This document shows positions 9,058 to 18,369 of a stretch of 64,000 nt of DNA, in pieces (within the stretch, counting starts at the first letter, position 1; the number at the start of each line of letters is the position of its first letter). Origin of the DNA: an uncultured delta proteobacterium (GTDB lineage: Bacteria; Desulfobacterota; Binatia; UBA9968); the NCBI GenBank assembly GCA_963801935.1, contig CAWDHA010000016.1:75814-139813 (forward strand), read 5' to 3'. The notes beneath the pieces were generated by a model. It searched no databases, was not told where the DNA came from, and worked only from the letters and a program-made list of their open reading frames with translations. The position numbers were made by a program, and so were the translations under genes.

Positions 9058-10380
9058 ATGGTCAGCATCGCGCCGTTGCGCGCACTATTTTATAACCAGA
9101 CAAAAGTCCGCGATCTCGCCAGAGTCATCACGCCGCCCTACGACGTCATTTCCAAGGACGAGCAGGAAAAACTTTATAAACGATCGCCCTATAATTTTGT
9201 TAGGCTCGATCTGAGCCAAGAGCCCGATGCTTACAGCGCCGTGCCGCAATTGTTGGAGGCCTGGATAAAAGAAGGCATTCTCGAGCGCGACCATGCCCCG
9301 GCGATCTATTACATGACACAAGGTTTCGCGCTTCCTAAGGGAGGGCAAAAAGAGCGCCGCGGATTTTTCGCGCTGATGCGCCTGGAGGATTTCGCTGGCG
9401 GTAATATTCGGCCCCATGAAAAAACTCTCGATGCGCCGAAACAAGATCGCCTCAAGCTGATGCTTGCCGCTGACGCCCAGCTAAGCCCGATCTTTGCGCT
9501 CTATTCGCTACCCGAGGCGACCATCAACCGAATGCTGGCGAGCCAAGTTGAGGGGGTTGCGCCGTTTATCGACGTCAAACAGGACAACGGTATCGAGTGC
9601 CGCCTCTGGCGCATCAGCGACGGGCAAGTAATACGCCGCCTCCAGGAATACATGGCGGAACAGTCGCTGCTCATCGCCGACGGCCATCATCGTTACGAAG
9701 CTACGTTGAATTATCGGAATCAGTTGCGCGACCGACGCGGACCGGGAAGCGGCCACGAAGCGTACAACTTTGTGCTTACGTATTTCGCCAATTTGAACGA
9801 CGAGAACGTCGTGATCTTGCCGACGCACCGCCTGGTGCGCGGTTACGCGCCTAAGCCATTTCTGCAGTTGGAAGAAGCCCTGCAGAACTATTTCTATTTG
9901 GAACAATATCCGAAGACAGCCGAGGGCAAAGACTGGTTTCTCAAGGCGCTTAGAAACGGCGGCAAAAGGAAACATATCATCGGCGCTGTTTTCAAGCGCG
10001 ACCCGCGCTATCTAATATTGCGGCTGAAGAGCAAAAGGATCATGCAGCGCTTGGCCAAGGACGTGAGCGCGCAGCTCCAGGAGCTCGATGTCACGACTTT
10101 GCATTTACTGATTCTGGAGCATGTCTTGGGGCTAGCTCCAGAGAAGCAGGTGAGTGGCGAAACCATCCGCTATTCGCAAGATGAAGAAGCCGTCTTGGAG
10201 GCGCTGGAGAAAGAAGACTTTCAAGCTGCGTTCATTCTCAACCCGCCCAAAGCGGAGGAGGTTCTGGCGATCGCCAGCAAAGGCGAGAAGATGCCCCAGA
10301 AGTCAACCTACTTTTTCCCGAAGTTACCGTCGGGCTTGATCGTCAATAAAATCGATCCAACAGAGGAGATCGACGTGTAA
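9058..10380 (+). CDS. DUF1015 domain-containing protein
   Basis: Intact 440 aa with ITPPYDVIS, IADGHHRYEATLNY, LPTHRLV and MPQKSTYFFPKLPSGL, the family hallmarks as I recall them. Confidence 0.8.
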   Translation: MVSIAPLRALFYNQTKVRDLARVITPPYDVISKDEQEKLYKRSPYNFVRLDLSQEPDAYSAVPQLLEAWIKEGILERDHAPAIYYMTQGFALPKGGQKERRGFFALMRLEDFAGGNIRPHEKTLDAPKQDRLKLMLAADAQLSPIFALYSLPEATINRMLASQVEGVAPFIDVKQDNGIECRLWRISDGQVIRRLQEYMAEQSLLIADGHHRYEATLNYRNQLRDRRGPGSGHEAYNFVLTYFANLNDENVVILPTHRLVRGYAPKPFLQLEEALQNYFYLEQYPKTAEGKDWFLKALRNGGKRKHIIGAVFKRDPRYLILRLKSKRIMQRLAKDVSAQLQELDVTTLHLLILEHVLGLAPEKQVSGETIRYSQDEEAVLEALEKEDFQAAFILNPPKAEEVLAIASKGEKMPQKSTYFFPKLPSGLIVNKIDPTEEIDV

Positions 10381-10427
10381 CCAGACAGCCACTGGGTAGC
10401 AAGCAGCCATAGTGAAAGTTTGGCGTC

Positions 10428-10447
10428 ATTGCCGCGAAAGCGGCAAT
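10428..10447 (+). terminator. Hairpin ATTGCCGC-GAAA-GCGGCAAT downstream of the DUF1015 gene
   Basis: Perfect 8-bp stem with a GNRA loop, 48 nt after the stop. There is no U-tract. It may be a REP-type hairpin rather than a terminator. Confidence 0.3.
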
Positions 10448-10569
10448 ACAGACGACTCATTAGATGGCCCGAGTTGCGCACCTAGCGATATCATCAGCTT
10501 TTATAATCTGCGGCCGTCGGCGGAACTCGTTCGAATTGAACGTCCTGGCCGCCGCCACGCTCTCTGCCG

Positions 10570-11952
10570 CTACTTGAGCGGCTTCACCAGCTCACCATCG
10601 CCCGGCTTGCCGATTATTTTGCCGTCCTGCATCACCGTCTTGCCGCGGAGAATCGTGCGAATCGGCACGCCTTTCACTTTGCGGCCATGATACGGCGTCC
10701 AGCCGACCTTGGTATAGGTGGTCTCGTTGGTGATCAGCTCTTCCTTGTTCATATCGATGATCACCATGTCGGCATCCGAGCCCGGCTGTATCACGCCTTT
10801 CTTCGGGTACACGTTAAAAATCTTTGCGGCGTTGTAAGAAGTGATCCTAACCACCGTGTCGAGCGACAGCTTGCCCTCGTTGGCAGCGTTTAGAAAGAGA
10901 CTGAGATAGTCTTGAATCTGTGGCTCGCCGCCGGGGCAGCACCACATGTCGTTCCAGCCTTTGTCCTTCTCATCTTTCGTATGCGGCGCGTGGTCCGTGC
11001 CGATGATGTCCACGGTGCCGTCGTTAATCCCTTCCCAGAGCGCGTCCACATGGGCGGGCGGCACCCAAAAACCTAAGCAGTAAGGGCCCATCTGCTCGAC
11101 GTTCTCCCATGTTCCCAGAAACATCGCCCAGGGATTGACTTCGCAGCTGCAGGGCCTCCCTTCATTCTTTGCGCGCCGCAGCATCGCCAATCCCTCCGGC
11201 GTGCTCATGTGCAAGATATGCAGCCGCGCGCCCAAAGCTTTCTGCATGCGAAACAACGTCGCCATGGCGGTATCCCAGATGATGCCGTCGTAATCGCGAT
11301 AAGCCTTGGCATAGGCTTTAGGACTGCGGTCCTCGCGCTTCCAGTAACGCCCTTCAATCTCATCCATCAGGTCCTGATCGTGAGGATGGACCATTAACGG
11401 CAATCCGGTCTGCCCGACGGTCTCGAAACATTTGAACAGCTCGCCGTTATTGTTGAGGCCGATGCCCGGCATGTGCGGATAGTCGCGCCCGGTGTCTTTG
11501 ACCATAAATATTTTAAACGCCAGCGGGCCTTCTTTGGCGAGGCCGGGAATATTTTCCGGCACCGTGCCTGAAGGATTATGATTAAAGTCGACAATGGCGT
11601 TTTTGGCGTGATGCGCGACCAAAGCGCGATAACGGTCAACAGTGGTTGTGGGCGGGTCGACGTTGGGCATACCGATGGACAAGGTGACGCCGCCGGCCGC
11701 AGCGGCCATGGTCGCGGTGGTGATGTCTTCCTTATGAGTAAATCCCGGATCTCTATGGTGCGTATGGGTATCGATCAAACCTGGAATGATTTTCTTGCCT
11801 TTGGCATCGACGATCGTGCCGGCGCTTTCCGGCAACACCGGTGGCTTGCCGAGCGCGGCGATTTTGCCGCCGATTACCGCGACATCGGACTCGATGAATC
11901 CTCCCGGTGTCCAAACCTCGCCGCCTCTGATGAGTAAATCGACTTTGTCCAT
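10570..11952 (-). CDS. Cyclic amidohydrolase (dihydroorotase/allantoinase/hydantoinase family)
   Basis: Intact 460 aa with IIPGLIDTHTHHRDPGF (metal-binding HxH), GGVT, VHPHD and GTDHAPH. SD AAGGAGAG lies upstream of the ATG. Confidence 0.8.
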   Translation of the reverse strand: MDKVDLLIRGGEVWTPGGFIESDVAVIGGKIAALGKPPVLPESAGTIVDAKGKKIIPGLIDTHTHHRDPGFTHKEDITTATMAAAAGGVTLSIGMPNVDPPTTTVDRYRALVAHHAKNAIVDFNHNPSGTVPENIPGLAKEGPLAFKIFMVKDTGRDYPHMPGIGLNNNGELFKCFETVGQTGLPLMVHPHDQDLMDEIEGRYWKREDRSPKAYAKAYRDYDGIIWDTAMATLFRMQKALGARLHILHMSTPEGLAMLRRAKNEGRPCSCEVNPWAMFLGTWENVEQMGPYCLGFWVPPAHVDALWEGINDGTVDIIGTDHAPHTKDEKDKGWNDMWCCPGGEPQIQDYLSLFLNAANEGKLSLDTVVRITSYNAAKIFNVYPKKGVIQPGSDADMVIIDMNKEELITNETTYTKVGWTPYHGRKVKGVPIRTILRGKTVMQDGKIIGKPGDGELVKPLK

Positions 11953-12274
11953 GATGCGGGATTCTCTCCTTTTCTTAGTCCAAAAGGTTTATATGATCGG
12001 CCATTATGCGTGTCAACCAGCTTGAGCGGCGCTGCCGCCGTGCTCCTTATGCAGGTTGACTCACTATGGCGAATCTGAAACGATCGGCTCCGCGCTGATC
12101 GGGCGCCGGCAACATTGGCTGCATAGAAATGAACGACTTGAGCGATCAGGAGTTTGACGCGAAAAAGAAACAATACACGCAAATCTTTCTCAAATAGCGA
12201 GGCCAGCAAGTGTCGCTTCAGGAAAAGAGCATTGCAGCCGGCGCGCCGCTGGCGCGCGCCAGGGGACAAGCCGG

Positions 12275-13965
12275 TTGGGTACTTTCCTGAGCCAGCCGAT
12301 CAACTGGCTGTTTCTCACCGTCGGCAGCATCATTGGCTTTCTCAGCCTTTATCCCACTTTCTTTCTCTTTTACGGCAGCCTGACCGACGCTCCTCTGGGC
12401 CTCCCGGGAAGGTTCACTTTAGAGAATTACGTGCGCGCCTACGGCGACGCCGAAGCCTATCCGTTGCTGTTGCATTCTTTTATCTTCGGCATCGGCGCAT
12501 CAGGCCTGTCGATTATTTTCGCATTGGCGCTGGCGTGGATCACGATCCGCACCAACGCGCCATTCAGGCGCCTGTTCGAGCTGACGGCGATCGTTCCCAA
12601 TATCCTGCCACCGATTTTGGTTTCGATTTCATGGGTGATGTTGCTCAACCCGAGCAATGGGCTGACCAACGCTTCATCGGTTACGATTTTCGGCGTTGAA
12701 AAAGGACCGTTTAACATCTATTCGATGCCGGGCTTGATCTTCGTCGAAGGGCTGATTTTGACGCCATTGGCCTTTCTTATTGTCGCCGCGGCTTTGAAGA
12801 GCATGGACCCATCGCTGGAAGAGTCGGCGAAAACTTTGGGCTCGGGTGAGCTCGGTGTCATGCGGCGTATCACCTTTCCATTGACTCGCCCGGCGATCCT
12901 GCCGGCGGCCACTTTGAACTTCGTCCGCGCAGTCGAGAGTTTCGACACTCCGGCGATCATCGCCCTACCCGCTCGCATCGAAGTCTTTACGACAAAAATC
13001 TGGCGCGAAGCGCTGGGCTCCTTTCCCACCAACCATAATCTTGCTGCCGCCTATAGCGTCGGTATCCTCGCGGTCGTCCTGGTATTCGTTTATCTCTATC
13101 GGCGCCTCACGGCCCAGGTGGAAAGTTTCTCAACTGTTACCGGCAAGGGTTTTCGGCCTCATCAGATCGATCTAGGCCCGTGGCGCTATGCGGTCTCAGG
13201 CATGGCGTTTTTGCTGCTGGTGATGCTGGTCCTACTGCCTATTCTGGTCCCGCTGTTGGTAGCCGTACTGCCATACTATCACGTGCCCACCTGGCAGACC
13301 TGGCAGAACCTTACGGTCGATAACTTCCGCTACGTTTGGCTGACTCCGCGTGTCCACCGCGCCTTCTTGAACAGCATGTTTCTCGCTCTCGTCGGCGCCA
13401 CCGCCTGCATGGCGCTGGCAGCCCTGGCCGCCTACATTACCATTCGAACAAAGATCGCCGGGCGCGGAATCATCGAAGGTCTGGTGTTCATCCCCGGGGC
13501 TTTTCCGGGTACGGCGCTGGCACTGGGGCTACTGTGGGCCTATGTGGATTTTCCGATTCCGATCTATGCAACGATTTGGATCATTCTCATCGCTTACATT
13601 ACGCGATTTTTGCCCTACGGGCTGAGAGCCGTAAGCAGCACGATCATCCAGGTACACAAAGAACTCGAAGAAGCGTCGGTTGTCTGTGGCGCGGGATTAA
13701 TCGCTACTTTCCGCCGCGTCCTAATTCCGATGATGCGGCCCGGGGTCATGGCCGGCTGGATCATTCTGGTGACGATCTTCATGCGCGAGTTCAGCGCGAC
13801 GCTTTTCTTATACAGCCCCGCGCCGAGCCGCTCGGACCGCTGCTCTACTTTCTTTATCTTGACGGCATGCGCGGCAGGGTCGCCGCCATTGGGCTGGTCA
13901 TTTCAGTGATATCTGTAATTCTGATCGCCATCGCCCAACATTACTCGCGTTGGGATACAAAATAG
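12275..13965 (+). CDS. Two-domain ABC transporter permease (FbpB/ThiP-like), one apparent frameshift near 13820
   Basis: Two repeated permease halves, each with an EAA-like loop (LEESAKTLGSGELGVMRRITFPLTRP and LEEASVVCGAGLIATFRRVLIPMMRP). The expected C-terminus (AEPLGPLLYFLYLDGMRGRVAAIGLVISVISVILIAIAQH) continues in the 13336..13965 frame after a C-run. TTG start. Confidence 0.75.
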
Positions 13966-14045
13966 TTGAACCAAATATTGAAGATAAAAGATCGCCATGG
14001 CAGGTCGATTTTAATCCGCTAGAGCAAAGCTACAAAGGAGACAAA

Positions 14046-15038
14046 GTGGACAAACTTGATTTAACCGTCGCTTGCGGCAATTACGACCGGACGTTTGCAT
14101 TGCGCACCGGCGATGTTCAGGCTGAAGGCATACGGATCAATTATATTCCGTTGGAAGCCGAAGAGATTTTCTGGCGCATGGGCCATCACCATGAGTTCGA
14201 CGTTTCTGAAATGTCGCTGTCCAATCACATCACGACGCTCAGCCGGGGAAATTCGCCCTTCGTTGCCATCCCGGTTTTTCCGTCGCGGTTTTTCCGCCAC
14301 TCCTGCGTGTTCGTCAATACAAACTCGGGCATCGAGAGTCCCCTCGACTTTAAAGGGAAGAAGGTCGGCGCGCCGGAATACTCGATAACCGCGGCCGTGT
14401 GGATCCGCGGCTTTTTAGACGATGATTACGGCGTCAAAACCTCCGAGATGCACTGGTTCACCGGCGGCCAGGAGGATCCCGGAAGAAAAGAACGGCTCAG
14501 ACTCACCCTGCCGCCCCAGATCAAACTCGATCCCATCGCCGACGATAAGACACTAAACGGCATGCTCGAAAGCGGCGAGATCGACGCGCTGATTTCGGCG
14601 CGCAGTCCGTCGTCTTTCATGAAGGGCAGCCGCCAGATAAAACGCTTGTTTCCAAATTACAAAGAAGTGGAAATCGACTATTACAAGCGCACCAAGATCT
14701 TTCCAATCATGCACGTGCTGGTGATCAAGAAGTCAGTCTACGAGAAAAATCCCTGGACCGCGCGCAGCCTCCACAAAGCTTTCTGTGAGGCGAAAGACCT
14801 GGCGATCAGGAACATGCATATCTCCAACACCATGGCCTGCACCTTGCCCTGGCTGCCCTACGAGCGCGAACAGCTCCGAGAGATCTTTGGTCCAGACTGG
14901 TGGCCGTACGGCGTCGAAGCCAACCGCCACGTGCTCGAACATTTGCTTCGCTACATGTCAGAGCAGGGTTTGCTGACGCGCCAACTTACAGTCGAAGAGC
15001 TCTTCGCGCCAAACGTCGTAGGCGAGTTCAAAATCTGA
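14046..15038 (+). CDS. NMT1/THI5-type periplasmic-binding-fold protein (4,5-dihydroxyphthalate decarboxylase-like)
   Basis: In-frame GTG at 14046, preceded by AAAGGAG. It reads LDLTVACGNYDRTFALRTGDVQAEGIRINYIPLEAEEIFWRM..FDVSEMSL, as in proteins annotated PhtD-like. No signal peptide is seen. Confidence 0.65.
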   Translation: MDKLDLTVACGNYDRTFALRTGDVQAEGIRINYIPLEAEEIFWRMGHHHEFDVSEMSLSNHITTLSRGNSPFVAIPVFPSRFFRHSCVFVNTNSGIESPLDFKGKKVGAPEYSITAAVWIRGFLDDDYGVKTSEMHWFTGGQEDPGRKERLRLTLPPQIKLDPIADDKTLNGMLESGEIDALISARSPSSFMKGSRQIKRLFPNYKEVEIDYYKRTKIFPIMHVLVIKKSVYEKNPWTARSLHKAFCEAKDLAIRNMHISNTMACTLPWLPYEREQLREIFGPDWWPYGVEANRHVLEHLLRYMSEQGLLTRQLTVEELFAPNVVGEFKI

Positions 15039-15502
15039 TGAGGCGACGGGCAACAGGTGGGGCACCGCGCACCGTGTCCCTGACCCTGCCAGCCAAAGCC
15101 TCTCGCCTAATCAGAGGCGCCCGCATCGGCCACCTGGCAACGGCGGATCGCGACGGCCAGCCTTTGGTAATTCCCATCTGTTTCGTCTTCGACGGCAAAG
15201 AATTTTTCTCACCGATCGACGAAAAGCCGAAGCGCACCACGCCGCTAAAACTCAAACGCGTAAAGAACATTCTTGAAAACCCGCAGACCTCACTAGTCAT
15301 CGATCGCTACGGTGAGGATTGGCACCAGCTGGCATACATGCTGATAGCCGGAAAAGCGCGGATTCTTTTCAGCGGCAAGAAACACCGAAGAGCCGTCCGG
15401 CTCTTACGCCGGAAGTATCGCCAATACCAAGCCATGGCGATCCAGGAGCGGCCGATGATCGTCATCAAGCCAAGCCGAGTGATTAGCTGGGGAAGATTCT
15501 AA
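15038..15502 (+). CDS. Pyridoxamine 5'-phosphate oxidase-family (F420-dependent PPOX class) protein
   Basis: The ATG at 15038 overlaps the upstream stop (ATGA). It carries ARIGHLATADRDGQPLVIPICFVFDG..FFSPIDEKPK and SLVIDRYGEDW. Confidence 0.65.
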   Translation: MRRRATGGAPRTVSLTLPAKASRLIRGARIGHLATADRDGQPLVIPICFVFDGKEFFSPIDEKPKRTTPLKLKRVKNILENPQTSLVIDRYGEDWHQLAYMLIAGKARILFSGKKHRRAVRLLRRKYRQYQAMAIQERPMIVIKPSRVISWGRF

Positions 15503-15821
15503 TCCGTTTCGGCGCCCCCAAAGGCGGACTTATAAACGCACTAAAGTGCGGTGTCCTGTGCGTGTCATCGGCGCTAGAGCGGGCATCTAGAAGTATGGGT
15601 GCAGTCTCTAATAGTTGTAAAACCGTCGCTACTCGATACTGCCTCGATGATTCCGTGCGGTTGTTCGGCAACGCGATACAAATGCTTCAACGACCCGTAA
15701 TAGCGCTCTTCGCGGCCGATGATCTGTGGATGGTACTTCCGTGAGCTAACGTGAACCAAGGGCGCCAGGAAAATGAACTCGAGGGTTTCACGTATGCATT
15801 CGCTAATACACGGAAGAAGCA

Positions 15822-16235
15822 CTAGCAACCCGTGGTGATCTCGAAGATCGTCGTTGTGCCGCTTATTTCATGTGAGACCACCAGAAGGGGTCTGCCATTG
15901 GGGCTGTCTTTTTTTTGATAAACAGAAGTCCTTCCGTTGAGATGTCATCGGGACTCGTATTGAGGTATTGAACAAAACTCGGCTCAGAGAGATTGGATAC
16001 GTCGTAAACCATTATGCCGCCAGTACGCTCAGCCGATGAAGGCATAGGTCCGGCCGAAGGCTTTCCCGAGTACGATCCCTTTCCGGTTCGAGCCCCTTGT
16101 TGTCGCTGCGCCTGTCGAAGGTGCGGCTGTGCCATTGGAATTGAATGACGCCGCAACTTGTGCCGCGGTTATTTGCTCGAAGTCATCAGCCGCATCGGCG
16201 CGCTCAAAATAGGCCGACATCATGTTGCGTGTCAA
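15822..16235 (-). pseudogene. C-terminal fragment of a choice-of-anchor-I-like protein, frameshifted
   Basis: ..GKAFGRTYAFIG / ERTGGIMVYDVSNLSEPSFVQYLNTSPDDISTEGLLFI, then in another frame GRPLLVVSHEISGTTTIFEITTGC*. No N-terminal 300+ aa is present upstream. Confidence 0.45.
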
Positions 16236-16321
16236 CTAGAAATTCGACGGGGCAACGCATCCAATCGCAAATCAGATCGTCTGAATCGACGATGCCAAGG
16301 GCGACATGTGATTACCTCTAC

Positions 16322-17137
16322 TCAGAGTCTCAAGACACCTTCGGGCGGTGCAGAATAAAGGTCTGTCGTCACGCTGATGACACCGGGCACATTTTCCACC
16401 AGCGCCGCGACTTCATCTTCCAGTCCTTCTTCTACTCTACCCTTGACGTGAATATCGCCACTCTCGGCGCGAACTTCGAGGGCTGATCCGTGTATATTGG
16501 ATGCAAATAACGTGGCAAGGACTCGCGAACTAAGAGCGCGGTCGTTGAAAGCCTGACTGGAGGCAGGAGTAGTCTGGTAGTCGTCAAGCTTTGCCGCCTC
16601 AATGATTATACGGCTCGCTCCCTCTCGGCTCATCTTGCTCATATTAAGAACGAGATCATACCGATTAGGATCGCGCCAATCCGCGCCGAACATCGCCATG
16701 AGCCGGCGGCCGCGCGCTTTGTCGACTTCTTCGATATAGCGGCGCGCCGCTAGATCAGTGAAATTTTGCCGCCGCTGGACTTGTTCGACGCGATATTCGA
16801 TCGGCGCGGTCAAAAGTACCTTCAGCACATGCCCGATACCGGATAAAAGCTCATGACCCAAGTGGCCGTGGTAAACCACTTTGCTATCGCGAGTCAGTTC
16901 GCAGAGCGTAGCTTGAAGAGCGGTCCTGTAAGGCCGGAGATCGCGTAGTAGACGCTCCCACCAATGCGGCCCTCTTTCAAAAATCTCGTTGAGTTTTGCT
17001 TCGGGTATGCCATAGCGGCGGCTCGCCGCCACCAGCACCTCACGCCCAACACAACGGTAGCCAAGAGTCTCAGCCACAACTTCGGCCAGTTCCGGACCTT
17101 CGCCGGAAGCGCCTTGATAGATTGTGATGATCGGCAT
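16322..17137 (-). CDS. Cytidylate-kinase-like family protein with C-terminal BON domain
   Basis: The ATG at 17137 follows GAGGAG. It reads MPIITIYQGASGEGPELAEVVAETLGY..GREVL. The C-terminus LEVRAESGDIHVKGRVEEGLEDEVAALVENVPGVISVTTDL is BON-like. Confidence 0.65.
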   Translation of the reverse strand: MPIITIYQGASGEGPELAEVVAETLGYRCVGREVLVAASRRYGIPEAKLNEIFERGPHWWERLLRDLRPYRTALQATLCELTRDSKVVYHGHLGHELLSGIGHVLKVLLTAPIEYRVEQVQRRQNFTDLAARRYIEEVDKARGRRLMAMFGADWRDPNRYDLVLNMSKMSREGASRIIIEAAKLDDYQTTPASSQAFNDRALSSRVLATLFASNIHGSALEVRAESGDIHVKGRVEEGLEDEVAALVENVPGVISVTTDLYSAPPEGVLRL

Positions 17138-17470
17138 GACAGCTCCTCTCGAAAGAGTTTTGACTCGTGCGGCAAATATTCGGTATTGTTCCCAAGGCAA
17201 TGAGCAACCGCAATGCCAAGTCGGGTCATGCTATTTGCACCGGTGTAAGGTGTTGAAATTGTAGCTGCTGCTGTTTTCTTATCCGGCCAGTGGCGCGACT
17301 CAGTGTGTCCATCCGTTCACAGCGGTGTAAACGCAGATACTGAGTAACAGCATTGCATCCCAATGAGCCAGTACGTGTGACCCTGTCCTGTAAATCGATG
17401 GAGCCAGCAAACTTGTTAACCGAATCGCGCTTTGGTGACCCGCGCGGAAAATTGAGATCGGCAAAACACT

Positions 17471-17737
17471 TTGATACGTATGCTTTGTTCTTCTAGAGTG
17501 TATGCATCGGCAGTCTGGAGTGTTTGGAGGTCGAATGGCAACTCGGCCGAAATTAAAACGCAAATCCTATTTTTCGATGAGCGCGCCCTTAACCGCGCCA
17601 AAAAAGCGTTTGGGGTCAAAACCGAGGCGGAGGTCATCCGATTATCCGTCGAGCGCGTCGCCGAAGTGGAGGAATTCTGGGAGTTTATGAAAAAAACTCG
17701 CCGGGCTCTCAGACCGGGAAGCGTGGAGAAATCCTGA
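17471..17737 (+). CDS. vapB: VapB-type antitoxin (start uncertain)
   Basis: ..KTQILFFDERALNRAKKAFGVKTEAEVIRLSVERVAE resembles VapB/DUF2191-type antitoxins. Its stop lies 1 nt before the PIN gene ATG. An SD+ATG at 17536 is in a different frame, so either the start is non-canonical or a 1-nt indel is present. Confidence 0.5.
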   Translation: MIRMLCSSRVYASAVWSVWRSNGNSAEIKTQILFFDERALNRAKKAFGVKTEAEVIRLSVERVAEVEEFWEFMKKTRRALRPGSVEKS

Positions 17738-17738
17738 G

Positions 17739-18156
17739 ATGGCCATGGCTATTCTCGATACCAGTGTTTATATCGATCATTGGGAACGCGGGTTGTATCG
17801 AGACACTCTGGAGAATCTCAGGCGTTCCTATATTATCCGACATTTCGGCAGTGGTGTTATCAGAGCTTCGGCGAGGAGCTCGCGGGCGTGAGGCCGAGCG
17901 ACTCGTCGCCCACCTTTTTGAATTGGCCACGGTCCGATGGGAGCCTTCGGTGGCCGACTGGTGGGAAGCAGGCAGGCTTGTCCGAAACATCGGCGATAAG
18001 AAAGACTGGGAGATAAACAAGCGCCGAGACTTTCAAAACGATGCGTTGATTGCACTCACCGCTCGACGCCACGGAGCAACTGTGGTTACCACCAATTGTG
18101 CCGATTTCGAATTACTTCGATCAGAGTTGCGTATTTTGCTTCACGCCGCCCTATAG
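17739..18156 (+). CDS. vapC: PIN-domain toxin VapC, one apparent frameshift near 17840
   Basis: MAMAILDTSVYIDHWERG.. (first acidic residue) is in one frame. SAVVLSELRRGARG.., FQNDALIALTARRHGATVVTTNCADF (C-terminal PIN motifs) are in the 17764..18156 frame. Confidence 0.65.
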
Positions 18157-18369
18157 TCCGAATTCACACGTCCGCTCGGCGTCGCTGAAAATCTCGACGA
18201 CTAATTTCGGCTTTAGTGCACAACCGCAGAGCGCGCTATATTCTCCAACCACCTATTACGGTTCGCGAGCTCGGCTGCTGTGTGTCACCGATATGCGGTG
18301 GTCATAGCGCGGCTCCTGCGGCACCTGACCAGCCTTGAAGGGTGTTTATGATGCCGTTACTGTGAAAGC

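Noticed and set aside
11874-12274. Possible leader/riboswitch or small ORF (MNDLSDQEFDAKKKQYTQIFLK, about 12129-12197) upstream of the ABC permease.
   Set aside because: I could not recognise any known riboswitch consensus. The 22-aa ORF has no SD, and the 131-aa minus-strand ORF here is low-complexity.
15574-15828. 84-aa minus-strand ORF (..KYHPQIIGREERYYGSLKHLYRVAEQPHG..), considered as a RAYT/IS200-like or toxin fragment given the nearby REP-like elements.
   Set aside because: The Y1-transposase HUH or YxxxQ-type motifs could not be aligned. It overlaps the stop region of the choice-of-anchor fragment.
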